From the IMG/VR virus record IMGVR_UViG_3300033144_001394, positions 1-57,655 of that record: a DNA stretch of 57,655 bases, one strand, 5' to 3'. Shown here in pieces: positions 22,201 through 32,900 of the stretch; the stretch's first letter is position 1, and each line of letters opens with the position of its first letter. The position numbers and the translations under genes were made by a program. The stretch comes from a virus (Duplodnaviria > Caudoviricetes). The notes under the pieces were generated by a model. That model did no database searches, was not told the DNA's origin, and saw only the letters and a list, made by a program, of their open reading frames with translations.

Positions 22201-25200
22201 AGTTAAGTGAAGTTCCTTTTACCAAGAATACAATCTTCCTGGAGTATCTTAAGGATCAACTTGAGATTGCTCCTAAGTATAAGAACAAGGTGATCTTCTC
22301 GACTCAGATGCGTAAGCTTATTGAAGATGGGCTTATGGAGAATGGTGTCCCTACTGACTTCATGGTTGGTAAGAAAGCTGATGATCGTATTGCTGCTTGG
22401 GATAAGTTGGGTAAAGCTAAAGATGGCGAAGCTAAACGTATTGCTAAGTCTGACCGTTATAGAAAGCTTAAGCGTTATGAACGTAATATTCGTCGACTTA
22501 CCCAGTTAAAGAAAGAGGAGTTACTTCGTGATATTAATTGGAAAGAAACTAAGGATGGAGTAACTGGAAACATCTCGGATCTGCTCAAGTTTGTTCAGAA
22601 AGAATTAACCCGTCAGGATCTAGCTGATCATGAGATTAGATTTTTGGATACTGTGAAAGGAAAGATGCAACATGATGTGTCCCTATCACTCAGTGCAGAT
22701 AAAATAGAACGTCTGCTTAATGCTCTTGTAACAAAGAGGTTAGTGAAGCAGAAGGTTACTGGTGAAGGTTTGATCCAGATATCAGGTGCAATGTTTGAGA
22801 ATATTGCTGATGATGAAGGTCGTAACTATAGTAACCCAACGGATGAAGATAAACGTAAATATGGTACTAATGATTTACCTACGTATCATGAAGGTGCTGA
22901 TGGCAAGACTGTCGCTATGAAGGTTAAGGTTGCTCTTCAGGGGGATTTTAAAAAGCTACTTAAGGCTAAAGATAAAGATGGTAATGAGATAGGTTCAATC
23001 GAACGTCTTAATGCTTTGCTTAAAGATGAAGACTGGCTGAACATGGATGACAATCGCAGAATGATCACTATGGTCGGTGTACGTATTCCAGTTCAGGGAC
23101 TTAACTCTATGGAGTTCATGGAGGTATACGAGTTTCTTCCAACCGAGGCTGGTAATATTATTATTCCGCCTGCCGAGATTGTTGCCAAGACAGGATCCGA
23201 TTTTGATGTTGATAAGTTAACTGTTATGATGCCTAACCTAGCTGTGCTTAACGGTACTACAAAACTTATTAAAGAATTGAATACCGGTAAGAGTTATGAG
23301 ACATTGCAAGATGATGTACGGTCTATTAAAAAGAAGATACAAAGTGTTCGTAAAGAGTTTACTAAAAAGTTTAATGATATAGCTTTTGAGAAGGAAGCTG
23401 CTGAAACGTTTAAAAACGATTGGTATCCTCAGAAGAAAGATGTTGATACCAAATTGGATTACTTCTTGGATCTGCAAGCTGAGTTAAATACTAAGCCAGA
23501 AAAGACTATAGAAGATAAGGAACGTCTCGAGAGAGCTACTAGTGCTATTAAAGCTCTTGAGGCTAAGCTTGATTTACTTGAGACTCAGTTTACAGCTTTT
23601 TTCTCTGAGCTAGAGAATGCTAAGATTCATGAGATATCTGCAGAACAGAAACAAGCCTTAAATCCATTTTATGAAGAGCTTGCCGAAGCACAGAATCTGT
23701 TACATGGTGCTGGTGAGAAAGCAATAGAGAATAACCTTATCGACGATATAAGAGGGATTCTTGAGTTGCCTGAGAATTTCTCCAGTTTAGTACGTCCTAA
23801 TAATATAGATATCCTTGAACCTTTGGCTGAGGAGTTGGGTCCATTAGTTATGGATTTTAATCCCAAGGATACCATTACTGGTGAGACAAGAACTGAAATG
23901 GTAAATGGTAAAGAGAAAGAAGTTATCTCCCCTACTCGCGTACTTGAGGTTCATTATAACTTATATAAGCATGCTTCTAATAAAGTAGGTAAGGAAACAC
24001 TTGGATTAGGTGCTGTTGATAATACATACAATGTAGTTTTTAATAGGATTGGGGCTCGTATGGAACCAACTGCAGGTACAACTACTACTGAGTTTGAAAG
24101 GATTAATGCTCAGATAAAGGCGGGTCGTGAGAAAGATTTGTCTAAGGCCGATTTTAAGAAGTGGAAGAAATATCACCGTCAGAAATTATTTTTACCTCAT
24201 CATACAATTACTGTTGGTGATGAACAAGCTATTTCATTGTCTCATACTATGGATGCTGAGGGGGTTCATAAGATTTCAGATGTCATTAACCAGATGATTA
24301 ATGGATGGGTCGATGTTGCGGCTAATGCTTGGATCTTTAATATACAAGGAAACAAGGAAGTATCTCCTACTTTACTATTTATGATTCAAGCAGGAGTCCC
24401 AATTAAGCATGCTGTATATCTTTCATCTATGCCAATGGTACGTGAATATGTTGAGGAAATGCAGATAGCTAAGAGTATTTTTGCTGAACCTCTTGGTAAG
24501 GCTCCAAGTAATCCAAACTTCTTTCAGAATAAAGCCCGAGCTGAGATCTTATCTAATCCTAAGTATGGATTTAACATGAAGAAAAAAGACTTAGATCCTA
24601 AAGTTATAGGTAAGACAATCAATAATGAGGCGAAAGATAAGATTAAAGGTAAGGTCTTAACTGATGGTCATTTAAGTTCTACTAAGATGAAGACCGTTAT
24701 TACCAAATTTGCTAAGGAGCAGGTTGAAGATAAGGTACATAAGTATTCAGAATTTGAGAGAGCTGCTTTCTTACATTTTTTAGAGATCGAGAATATGGGT
24801 AAGGCGGTACGAGATGTTAAGCTTCGTATGAACGTTGATACCTCTAGATCAGGAACTTTGTTTGAAGCTCAGAACAGAACAATGATGATTGAGGAATTGA
24901 AAGACGATGCCCGGATTCCACATACTATTGTTGATGATATCTTGAATGATTCTCCTATTGGTAGTTTCTATATCCAACCTTTTCAGTTAGAGGTCTGGGG
25001 AGAACTATTCGAACTACGTAACCACGAAAAGGTTAATGAAGTACTTTATGATCTAATGAGTTCTTCTGAAGGTAAAACAATCATCAATGAAACCTTTGGT
25101 AATAATGAACAGTTTGCGAATGCTTTTCGTAATGATCTACCGAGTTTTATCTTTCAAAATGCTGTTCGTAGTTTTGATATTAATAAGATGGATTCTTATC

Positions 25201-26969
25201 GTGGATACATTACCAACAGTACCACGCCAATAGAGACCGTTACTTCACTTGAGCATGGTGCTCTTGTAGTAGATGGCGTCCTCTATTTCGACAGGAACCG
25301 TTTGAAGAAAGACTATGCCCTTAAAGGATATACTGGTGGTCAATATATTCGTCAGGGATTATCTACTGTATCAAGTATGGCTTTCGATACACCTGGTCAG
25401 TATTATAACTTCGTGTTTGAACGTGCATATTTACGCAGTACTTTACCTTATTCTGAGATCAAAGATTCTACTGAGTATCGTCAGAAACGTAACGTAGTAG
25501 CTGTTGAGCTGAAGCCACGTGAGAAAGAAACTAAGGCTAAGTTTGCGGATCGAATTAGTAAGGTGGCTTATGAGAATTATCTACGTGATAAAGCGCTCGA
25601 TAACACATTTAACCACTGGAAGATTTTCCAGAGTGATGACAATTTCGCTCAGCAGTTTTTACAACTACGTCAGACTTATGATGCTTTAGGTAAAAAATAT
25701 AGTATTATAAATCAACTGTCTTCTAATTCTAAGCAAGGCTTGGATATGCAGAATCTTAAGTTGGATGTTACATCCATGAATACTGATAAGATGAATGTGT
25801 ATCATGAAAACCTTATGAAGTTATCTAATCCTAATGAAAAGAAGGTGCCAGATCCTGTAGATAATAAAAGAATTAGTGATTTCTTTAAGCGCTTTTCTAT
25901 TGTAGCGTTACTCCAGTCAGGTCTTGATACGAAGAGTCAGTTCTCTATGGTGCGTATTGTACCACAGAAAGCTTACCTGGATATCATGGCTAAGCCTGTT
26001 AAGAAGTTCGTAACACACTTAGATTGGGCTGTCAAGAAAAATATTACGCCGCAAATTCTGTTAGAGTTCATTGAGCAGTTTCATAAAGTAAACAATGTTA
26101 GTGAGAGAGCTGTTCGAATTAGAGGGAAGAACTATATGAAAGATCAGAATGTTGAGCTTACCTTAGATGATTCTATTGAGCTACTTAAAAAACATAAGGT
26201 AGGAATGCCTTGGTTAAGAATTAATGCAGCTCAAGCTAAGGAGTTAACAGAGAATACTAAAAAACCATGGAAAGGAGCATCTGATTTTATTTATAAAGGC
26301 ATACAATATTTTGTAAGTCTTAGCGAAGATGTTTCTGAGACGACGATTTCTGAGATAGCTCCTGATCCAACTACAAATAAGGAGAGTGGTCAACAAGATA
26401 TTGATGGTACACGTATTCATGGTGGTAATGATTTAGCGTATACCTATGTAGAGAAGTATCCTAAGAAGACTTTCATATACAACAAGGCATTTAATGGAAT
26501 GGGCGGTATAAGAGATCACCAGTTCCAGGAAACTCAAGCAAAGAATACTATAGGTATCACTACTCTGAAGAACTATAGTGGTTTGGATATGAACATTAAA
26601 GATGACCGTAAGGATGGTGTAGCTGTGGTTAATCCACAAGCTAAGGAGGCTATTGATAACGCTATAGAGGAAATACATAAACATCTTAGAACAGGTCAGT
26701 CATTAGTCTTTATGAAAGAAGGTTATGGTCAAGCTATGATTGGAGCGGATCCTCAGAAGGCTTCTATGCCGAATGCTGCTAAAGCTACTGCGACTAAAAC
26801 TTTTATATATTTGTCAGATCAGTTGTACCAGAACTTTGGATATGTTAATCCTAATATGTTAAACCATGCTGACGGTAGAACTATTGTACAGAAAGGTAGA
26901 GACGGAAACTCTCAACCAGCTACGGATGAGATGGTACAAAATTTAATGAATGTTTGTAAAACACAATAG
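16215..26969 (+). CDS. Giant virion-packaged DNA-dependent RNA polymerase polyprotein (crAss/phi14:2 gp66-like) with an N-terminal zincin domain, 3584 aa
   Basis: VGVRIPVQGLNSM...GSDFDVDKL (DFDVD at 23199-23213) is the crAss-type two-barrel RNAP catalytic motif; also NEADAQGY, ESGSKVG, NGWVDVA; HEAWH at 18486-18500 plus EEYLAE. Confidence 0.9.
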   Translation: MAINCKLGQEAQREIRTTVAAELTQMLRKGTPFELKSFIKNVYDEIKEDFGHEIAIDAARLTPIFIKQVINNDTQLLKTLIKDRGLVESDITNLIFEVEEDGGAEYMEDYLGTSESVADILEILNEDQDFRTEEEIDKEKAEKMAEGTAPPTRPALTFTGSTGQVPSVREEEGEFQAYAPTLLSDLGQEALSMKKNDPNYNVPDKQQSIYYKVKRAIIKGLGLADYDSSLMDFQSKGPMFLKAVSLSEIAKGDRKPGTLSDAQLKSGVAMMLVDKNGKPMRFDAEGNVADVGTLMYYNLRRANKKEIYDKDGNIKLTKNDRKRAESLAAMKNITVAEAETTIKREIKLIESIRNYIKEDANNSITFKINGGSLGYSPFDWNVHTPISDITFDSPDEFDPVTVISNFEVPGLLEGETYFILDSLHGNPIVAERPALKDTPYGEFLTSLLIDDVVDKFGVPITNQRKRKILNDYINTEEGNFRFYPDTGDVLLYTERLKTNTSEQREIARKKLTEHFSVLSPVRRITTDQINDRRKISSTTPRDQWKLNDILVYTDKDGGKTYRVIEYAKIHTAKSLISGKLQDIKAMDRLDDGTVRMITEPVSYKEFIKKHYTVHHTLNGQDKIVRLNAYMTFEPMVEELSKIEAEDYAESIITKSQANKPRPQSLTDEFNDDPIAKLIQEHRDNTKLHKNLDRKVDEMKATSTQMKEAEEWYKNHPLSEHFPLKVLMKMVNQKGSAVASWSMAGITLYKGADFSDVYHEAWHAFTQAYLTKEQKKELYSEARKKKGTFKDHHNNLVSFAFATELQLEEYLAEEFRTYMLSGGKNIKNAPVRNNIFQKILNALKALFEGVTVTQMALDERANVKIKELYDKLRVGNLTEYTHSAENVQFGELNQGIQPFDAESDMQYQLDYENSQGIVNMIDALVSEWADVLNAIPGVTDEEALRIAALKDQVANGELKGAELKEAKNTIEGLKAKSTYKYTSTLFNTQEDTKRTYKYVKVRMAQLHNELEAKREAATTGTEKAQFDKTIRDIWYALVHFGDVENFSNNATDDSNNVKGVMAYHAKKSRYIIEEIVDLFFAEDNMSETDLMVKGRQAMYDKSGNEVSSLELASREIVYLLHGLFEVNEDTGEIGQDNFGAPKLAPFTEVWNRLARSLSNKPGPEAMEAALLAEAEDYPPFKQLLNKLGPLSTLSTTETDLWSKFWQTFNLTRVPLMQMTVEKVVDDKGNVTYESKIGEASADHKRIGRDWQSQFASVIPSNTKGDPGYYMKNDDEGNYLDVKRVIEDFPFSALSNNVWEFYNAIGIKLSDKDVIRKGLEDKEIIKSAIFYLKRLYVFRGKDAKGDEGWKIRSMADLNKDLEMPKSKQKKELKKGEKAKVIPYLIPSTPGVEKFYVYGEGQGKIYKTLMELEARYSNTLNNFMVTNAEGNTQFEHSQNNTLTITVNAINYAKSYQDLIDMPHMAHLDIERNPFAKASIWLNSIFHMDANDPVLFGQKREVNGEEVKLRLNNLSGVMLEQEGKDTTEGVASAKADKFAKLIMDFHLNTEEHLPELMRHSDKGTSFSVSLTKIFPLNGEGSNQYIDNVTFLDEPSSYNGAAANLLIPHINAELQRIRIMEQMYAKPDGPFDFRYMERGLKFTAFDDILLDKTKELILEQDDLIEYLDTATPESNALKAKIVQDLSNYFAEQTDTVVKLMVGNEFISDSLVDKIEGTARNHLLQFDDAKTKKALINSYVYNSFIHNVESLSIIYGDLAQYNHIKEEFHKRNAGAGSTGRIFRTDAAMKNYVNKIRGRKYSEAYGGENGYKDFDGTMETAIIQDSEVGSVYHKEYAKATGNKEADPYAKGNMNEADAQGYISFDSYRILKTAQGAWSDEHEELYKDIVNGREYDSTKVSVFFSSYKVQYFGALKTEGLPVTALHKFNLFPLIPTAIKNTKLEKLHEKMMAEGIDYTLFESGSKVGTLTNPYVLDENGNPTTELNVDAEGNFLRDEGYDKDRKLSEVPFTKNTIFLEYLKDQLEIAPKYKNKVIFSTQMRKLIEDGLMENGVPTDFMVGKKADDRIAAWDKLGKAKDGEAKRIAKSDRYRKLKRYERNIRRLTQLKKEELLRDINWKETKDGVTGNISDLLKFVQKELTRQDLADHEIRFLDTVKGKMQHDVSLSLSADKIERLLNALVTKRLVKQKVTGEGLIQISGAMFENIADDEGRNYSNPTDEDKRKYGTNDLPTYHEGADGKTVAMKVKVALQGDFKKLLKAKDKDGNEIGSIERLNALLKDEDWLNMDDNRRMITMVGVRIPVQGLNSMEFMEVYEFLPTEAGNIIIPPAEIVAKTGSDFDVDKLTVMMPNLAVLNGTTKLIKELNTGKSYETLQDDVRSIKKKIQSVRKEFTKKFNDIAFEKEAAETFKNDWYPQKKDVDTKLDYFLDLQAELNTKPEKTIEDKERLERATSAIKALEAKLDLLETQFTAFFSELENAKIHEISAEQKQALNPFYEELAEAQNLLHGAGEKAIENNLIDDIRGILELPENFSSLVRPNNIDILEPLAEELGPLVMDFNPKDTITGETRTEMVNGKEKEVISPTRVLEVHYNLYKHASNKVGKETLGLGAVDNTYNVVFNRIGARMEPTAGTTTTEFERINAQIKAGREKDLSKADFKKWKKYHRQKLFLPHHTITVGDEQAISLSHTMDAEGVHKISDVINQMINGWVDVAANAWIFNIQGNKEVSPTLLFMIQAGVPIKHAVYLSSMPMVREYVEEMQIAKSIFAEPLGKAPSNPNFFQNKARAEILSNPKYGFNMKKKDLDPKVIGKTINNEAKDKIKGKVLTDGHLSSTKMKTVITKFAKEQVEDKVHKYSEFERAAFLHFLEIENMGKAVRDVKLRMNVDTSRSGTLFEAQNRTMMIEELKDDARIPHTIVDDILNDSPIGSFYIQPFQLEVWGELFELRNHEKVNEVLYDLMSSSEGKTIINETFGNNEQFANAFRNDLPSFIFQNAVRSFDINKMDSYRGYITNSTTPIETVTSLEHGALVVDGVLYFDRNRLKKDYALKGYTGGQYIRQGLSTVSSMAFDTPGQYYNFVFERAYLRSTLPYSEIKDSTEYRQKRNVVAVELKPREKETKAKFADRISKVAYENYLRDKALDNTFNHWKIFQSDDNFAQQFLQLRQTYDALGKKYSIINQLSSNSKQGLDMQNLKLDVTSMNTDKMNVYHENLMKLSNPNEKKVPDPVDNKRISDFFKRFSIVALLQSGLDTKSQFSMVRIVPQKAYLDIMAKPVKKFVTHLDWAVKKNITPQILLEFIEQFHKVNNVSERAVRIRGKNYMKDQNVELTLDDSIELLKKHKVGMPWLRINAAQAKELTENTKKPWKGASDFIYKGIQYFVSLSEDVSETTISEIAPDPTTNKESGQQDIDGTRIHGGNDLAYTYVEKYPKKTFIYNKAFNGMGGIRDHQFQETQAKNTIGITTLKNYSGLDMNIKDDRKDGVAVVNPQAKEAIDNAIEEIHKHLRTGQSLVFMKEGYGQAMIGADPQKASMPNAAKATATKTFIYLSDQLYQNFGYVNPNMLNHADGRTIVQKGRDGNSQPATDEMVQNLMNVCKTQ

Positions 26970-26972
26970 ATT

Positions 26973-29900
26973 ATGGCAGCAGTATGTCCCAATAAAAATA
27001 CACCAGAGTGGAAATCCTTAGTTAACGAAGTAGGAGAGTTTGAAGCTTATCGAGACTTCTTAGAATACAACGGGGACATTCGAGGTGCTAGAGTCGTTCG
27101 AAAGAAACTTGCTGTCAGGGCTCGTAATATTCCAGAGAGATTACAGAAGGAGCGTACGACCAGCGCAGGGGTTCCTGTTGCTTTAGATATTTTAGAGAAC
27201 TTAGCTAAAGATCTTGCTGCTAAGTTTGGTGATGAGTATGCTTATCGTGTGGAGCCATATCCTAATAAACCTTGGAAAGGGAAGGTAGAGGCAGCCAGTG
27301 TTGAGAATGGTGGTAAACGTACTATTGTTATTAACAGTGCTAAGGCTACTCTTGATACACCACTTCATGAGTTTAGTCATATTCTTTTGGATATGATTAA
27401 GAATGAGAATCAAGTTCTTTATGCTGAGTTACGTCGAACTATTCCTTTAACTAAAGAAGGTCGAGCCGAATTAGCTCAGGTACGTAAGTATTATCCAGAG
27501 CTTAAGGAAGGTGAGGATATTGATGAAACTATTGTTGAATTAATGGGGCGTCATGCCGCAGATCTAATTAGTACTAAATCAAAACTATATACTTTATTAG
27601 AAAGCATATGGAATAGTATTAAAAAGCATATTGCTAAAATTATATCTGAGGGTACAGGACATACAGTTCAGACAGTAGACCTTGAAAAAGATACTACAAT
27701 AGCAGTACTTGCTGAGTTACTTACAATAAAGAATTTAAAGTTTACAGCAGGAACTCAAGTTAAAGAAAAGTTATCTGAAATAGCAGCAAAGAATAATAAG
27801 CAGATTCAAGAAATGGAGAATCAACTTACTATTATGAATTCTTTAGACGTAGATAATCCAGAGACATCTAATGATCCAGAAGCTCTAGTAAGCTATTATT
27901 CCGATTATAGAATACATGCTATTTCTCGAAAGTCTCTTGATGCGATTAGTGATATAGGAAAGGTTTGGCCTATTATTAAAAAGTATCTATCCGCAACTTC
28001 TGATCCAAGTCAGTTTCATCAAGACACAATAAAGCTTACCAATAAAATGATGGAGATGGGTGCTTCACTTACACCTGAAGAAAAGCTTACAACCTTACGT
28101 CTTAATGATGAGTTTGATAATTGGTTTATGGTGTTTAACTCTTTTAAAAATGAGACTAAAGAAAGTTTTATTAAAGATTTAAAAGATGATCCTAAAGCCC
28201 TTTGGCCCGCAGGAAAGTTTATATCATCAGTAAAGAAGCAGACTGATAATTATTCACAACAAACCACTATTGCAGCTATTACAAGTTCTCTTAGAAATGA
28301 TGAAAGATTTATAACTAAGTTATTTCCAAATGTACACAGTACATATTCTATTGAGGAACAGTTAAATGAAAAAACTATTGCCGATATATCTGCAGTATTA
28401 GAATATAACATAGAGGACTTAAAGATCAATATTAGTAAACCAATTCGAGCTAAGGGTGAGTTTGTTATGAATATTGATAATGTAGGAAGAGGTTTTGAAG
28501 GTGATTTTAAAGATGAAACTATTACTGTCAATATTGATTATAAGACAGATGGTAGCCTCTATGTAGGTTTTAAATCATCTGAATGGCTTTATGGAGATCC
28601 GGTTTGGGTTGTAGATTTTGATAAGGATAAAGCTAAAGTAGGTGATAGAGTTATGCTTAAACAACCTCCTGGTGTAGCAGCTGTGCAGAAGAGACATAAG
28701 ATTTATAATCAACCTTTTGGACAAATTGAGGATATATTAGAAGACGGTACTGTTATTATGGAATTGTTGAATATAAATGATCCATATACAATACTCGATA
28801 CATATCTAAAAGATGATTATCAAATAATAGGTGATCAAACTAGTGGTGTTATAGCGATTTCTCCTGATCTACTTAATTCAGTTGTTACTCAGTCGGGTCG
28901 TGCGGCAAGGGTTATGAGGCAAGTTTTAAAAGAGGTTAGTCGGTATGGTTATAATTTTAATTATACAGCTATTACTTTTGCAGCTTCTGAGAGCGATTGG
29001 GGTAATGAGAGTATGATGCGTCAAGCAATATATCAAGGAATGGCTCAACGAATGTTTGGTAAAGATTTTGCATTAGTTTCTCATAATGTAGCAATAAAGT
29101 CACACGCAGAACTTGAGGCTGAGGCTAGAGATAAATGGATTGCTGAAGGTAAAGATCCTGAGAAGTTTAGTATGAAAACTATAGCCGGTTTAATTAAGCG
29201 AGGGGAGATAACTAATATCAATTATGACCTAGATACTATTGTAATTCCTCAGAGTTATCGTGATGGTTTGTTTGTACAAAAGGATGTTTATCAGAAGGAA
29301 CGTATAGATAGTTCTGTACCAGAAGATGCTGTTGATTCTTTGGCAGGTTTATCTACAGCCCAGAATCCTATTAAAGAAAAACCTCTTTCGCCTGAAGAGA
29401 ATAATAAGATTAGGGCTGTTGAGATAGCAAAAAAACTGAGTAATCAGTTGGATGTAGATTATCAGATGGTCACTTCAGATGAAGCTATGGCTATCACGGC
29501 TAATGCAGAGAACCCGTGGAATGGTCAACCTGCTTTCTTCTTTGGAGGTATAGTATATTTTGTTGGAGATAAGTTGGATACGGATCTTGTGTTACATGAG
29601 TTTGCTCATCCACTACTTAGACAAATTAAAGTTACTAACAAAGAATTGTTTGATAACCTTTATATGCAGTTATCTCAGACCAGTGAAGGTCAGAAGATTA
29701 TTAAGATGGTTAGTGAAAAGTATCCTAACCTGACTGAAGATATGGCTAAGGAAGAAGTTTTAGCTCAGGCGTTAGGTGAAGCGGGGGCTCAGCAACTTGA
29801 TGGTTTAAAACCCCAATCTAAGTTTGCAGCATTTATCAAGGAGTTAATGTATCAGATTAAGCAATTATTACGCGGAAATTTCGGTCAGAATATAAAGATA

Positions 29901-32900
29901 TCAAAGCTGAATCCCTCTACTTCGATGAACTCTCTTGCAGAGATTCTAATGAAAGGTGGGAACTTCGACATACAAACAGATCAAATTTCTCAGGAGGATG
30001 TTGTTGCTTATCAACAAGAACAAACGCAATATATAGATGACCTTATTAATGTTGATACCGGTGGTATACAGGCTATGCTTAATAACGCACATAATGCGTC
30101 TTCTCACCAGCTAGAGACACTAATCAAGCAGAAGAAATGGGCTGAGCTAGCCGATCTTCTTACAGATGAGTATGGGTATGGTGATCTTCAGAGGATTAAA
30201 AAGGAGACTGGAGCTTTTCAGAACGCTCTATTAAATGCTGCTAAGGAAGCTAAGAATTCCAGTGAGCATTTACGTAATCAGGCAGGTGCATTGGTGAATG
30301 TTATTTTCCGCCTTGAGAAGATCATGGATAAGATTAACAGACACGTTAAAGATCTTATGACGGATGAGGAGACCGATTCTTTAGAGAACTTAACCAAGCT
30401 TACATACTATGATTCAATAGTTAGTTATTGGGCCCAGTTTGTTGAGGAAGCTAAGGGTGAAATTAACAAGAACGATATTCCACATGACTCAGCTATTGTT
30501 CAATCAATTAATGGTATCAGTACTTTAACAGATCGTTTTCATATCATGAGAGATGAGATTTTTGCTATAGGTGCTAGAGATACTTTATACAATGAGCTCG
30601 AACCTATGGGTCGTGACCTGAAGAAACGTTATGAGTCAATCATAGCTAAGCTTAAGGAAAGAAAAGCTCCTCAAAAGCAGATTGATAAATGGCACATGGA
30701 GTATTATGGAATGACTGAAGAGGAGTTCATAATACTGGACCGTTTACGTAAGGAAAAACGTGCTGGTAAACTTAGACTTAGTGAACAATCAAAATACGAT
30801 GCTTTGATGCTTAAGAATGCACAAGGGATTGAGATCTCTCCAGAGAAGATAGAAGGTCTTCTTAAAGGTCAGATGGGTGATGCCAATTTCTTTAACTCTT
30901 ATCTTGAGGGGTATCTATATAATACAGACCCCGTTATAGGAGGCCTTGCTTTATACGTAAAGAACCACCTGAACCAAGTGATGGTTACAGCGCAGGCTAA
31001 GTTCCAAGACTTTAAGAAAGACATATGGCCTCTGATGGATGCCATTGGAGTTAACCCACATAACATTGGGAAGTTCGGAGAGATGATGGGTTTTGAAGAT
31101 TCTGTTGGTAAGTTTAACAGGGAAACGGGTGAGATTGAAGATCGTAAAGTATGGACCTTACTTAACAAGTTTAAGGACTATCGTTTGGATTTAGCTCGAG
31201 TTAGAGATGCGGTAGATAGAGCTGAGACCGATTATCAAACCTCTGGTAGTGACAAGGACAAACGAGTTCTTATTGCAGCAGTTAATACACGTAAACAACT
31301 ATTACGAGATTATTTCCATCAGGAGTATACGGATAAGTTTTATAATCGAGATCAAGGTCTTGTTAGAAATGATCAGGATACGATTGGTCAAGACGCTACT
31401 TACCTTCGAGATAACATCTATGAAAGAATGAATGCTCTTACGGATAATGCTAAGACAGAATCTGATAATCTAGCATTAACCTCTCAGATGGATAACTTGT
31501 GGTCGGAGTATCATCAGTTACATTCCTTATATACATTAGACGGCAAACCTAAGAATGCTCGCGATACTGAGATTGCTAAGAGATTAAGAGCTTATCGAAA
31601 AGAGTCTAAGCAATATTATGAATGGAAGCTTCGTAAAGGCGTCTTTGAAAATGCCTTGGCTAGATATGAGCAGGAACTGCGTGAGGCTGGTGTTATTGAT
31701 AAAGATATCTTTGATACAGCTCGTGCTGAATGGATCCATAAGAATACACGTTCTGTTATTAAACAGGAATGGTATGATCATAGAGCTGATTTACTTAAGA
31801 AGATTGATAAGATTAATTCTAAGTTATATAAACATCTAACTGCTGCTGAGATAAAAGCCATTAACCAAAATGTAGATTATGAGAAGATCATGGATCTTAC
31901 ATCCCCTTTTAAAGATGATAATAAGCAGACTCGAGCTAATGAGATGAGCATTGAATCTCTTGCTGCTGTAAAAGCATCTGAAGAAGCAATCGCCAAAAAG
32001 AAGAAGAACTATATTACACGAAGCGGTCTTACTCCAATACAATCAGCTAGGCTTTCGGAATTACATAAAATAGATAAGAAGAAACGTACAGTTTCTCAGA
32101 ATCAAGAGATGGCTGATATCTATGCTGATAAAAAGAAGTTCGGCTTAAGTGAAGGAGAAATCTTAGCATTAGATGCTTATTATGCTGAGCTTGCTTCATT
32201 ATCTAATAGAGACGCTAGTGAATATTATGTTGAGGTTATGAACGGTTGGTTATCTATGTTGGATACTACTTACCTGTATGATCAGTATGAAACTAATGAC
32301 ATTACTTCTGAGAGTGCTAATTCTATTCTTGAGCCTAGGATTCTTCAATCTCTTATGGGACAGAATGAAGAGTTTGACAAGTGGTTTAAGGCTAATCATA
32401 TCTTTAAAGAATTTTTCGATAAGACAGCTACACCTCCAGCAATGTCCGGAGCTTGGGAACGTACTAGAGCATGGAGTATAGTTCGACCTAGTGATCCAGC
32501 TCACTATGAATCAATAGAGGTTGTTAATTCTGAAGGTGAAGTGGAAACTATTCCAGGACTTCCTAAGTTAAGTTATTATGCTCGAGTAGTTCGACCTGAG
32601 TTTCGTACTGAACGTATTGTAGGTGAAACTGTTGATAATCAAGGACAGTGGTTACCTAAGACTATTGAACAAAAAGCTAAGGACGGTAAGTACCGTAATC
32701 AAGCATATTACGATATGGCTGAGAATGAGCCAGGTCAGTTTAAAGCATTGATGATGCTTACTAAACATCATCTTGCTAATCAAGAAGGTTTATCTTGGAA
32801 GAACCGTTTATATTTAGATTTTCCTCGTTTTAGAAAGTCTAATCTTGAAACGGTTCAGAGAGGTAATCCGATAACTATTTGGGCTAATCGTGCTAAGGAT

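Noticed and set aside
26800-26815. TATATTTG Bacteroidota promoter inside the RNAP gene
   Set aside because: Coincides with the TFIYLS protein motif and has no clear -33 element; probably a coding by-product
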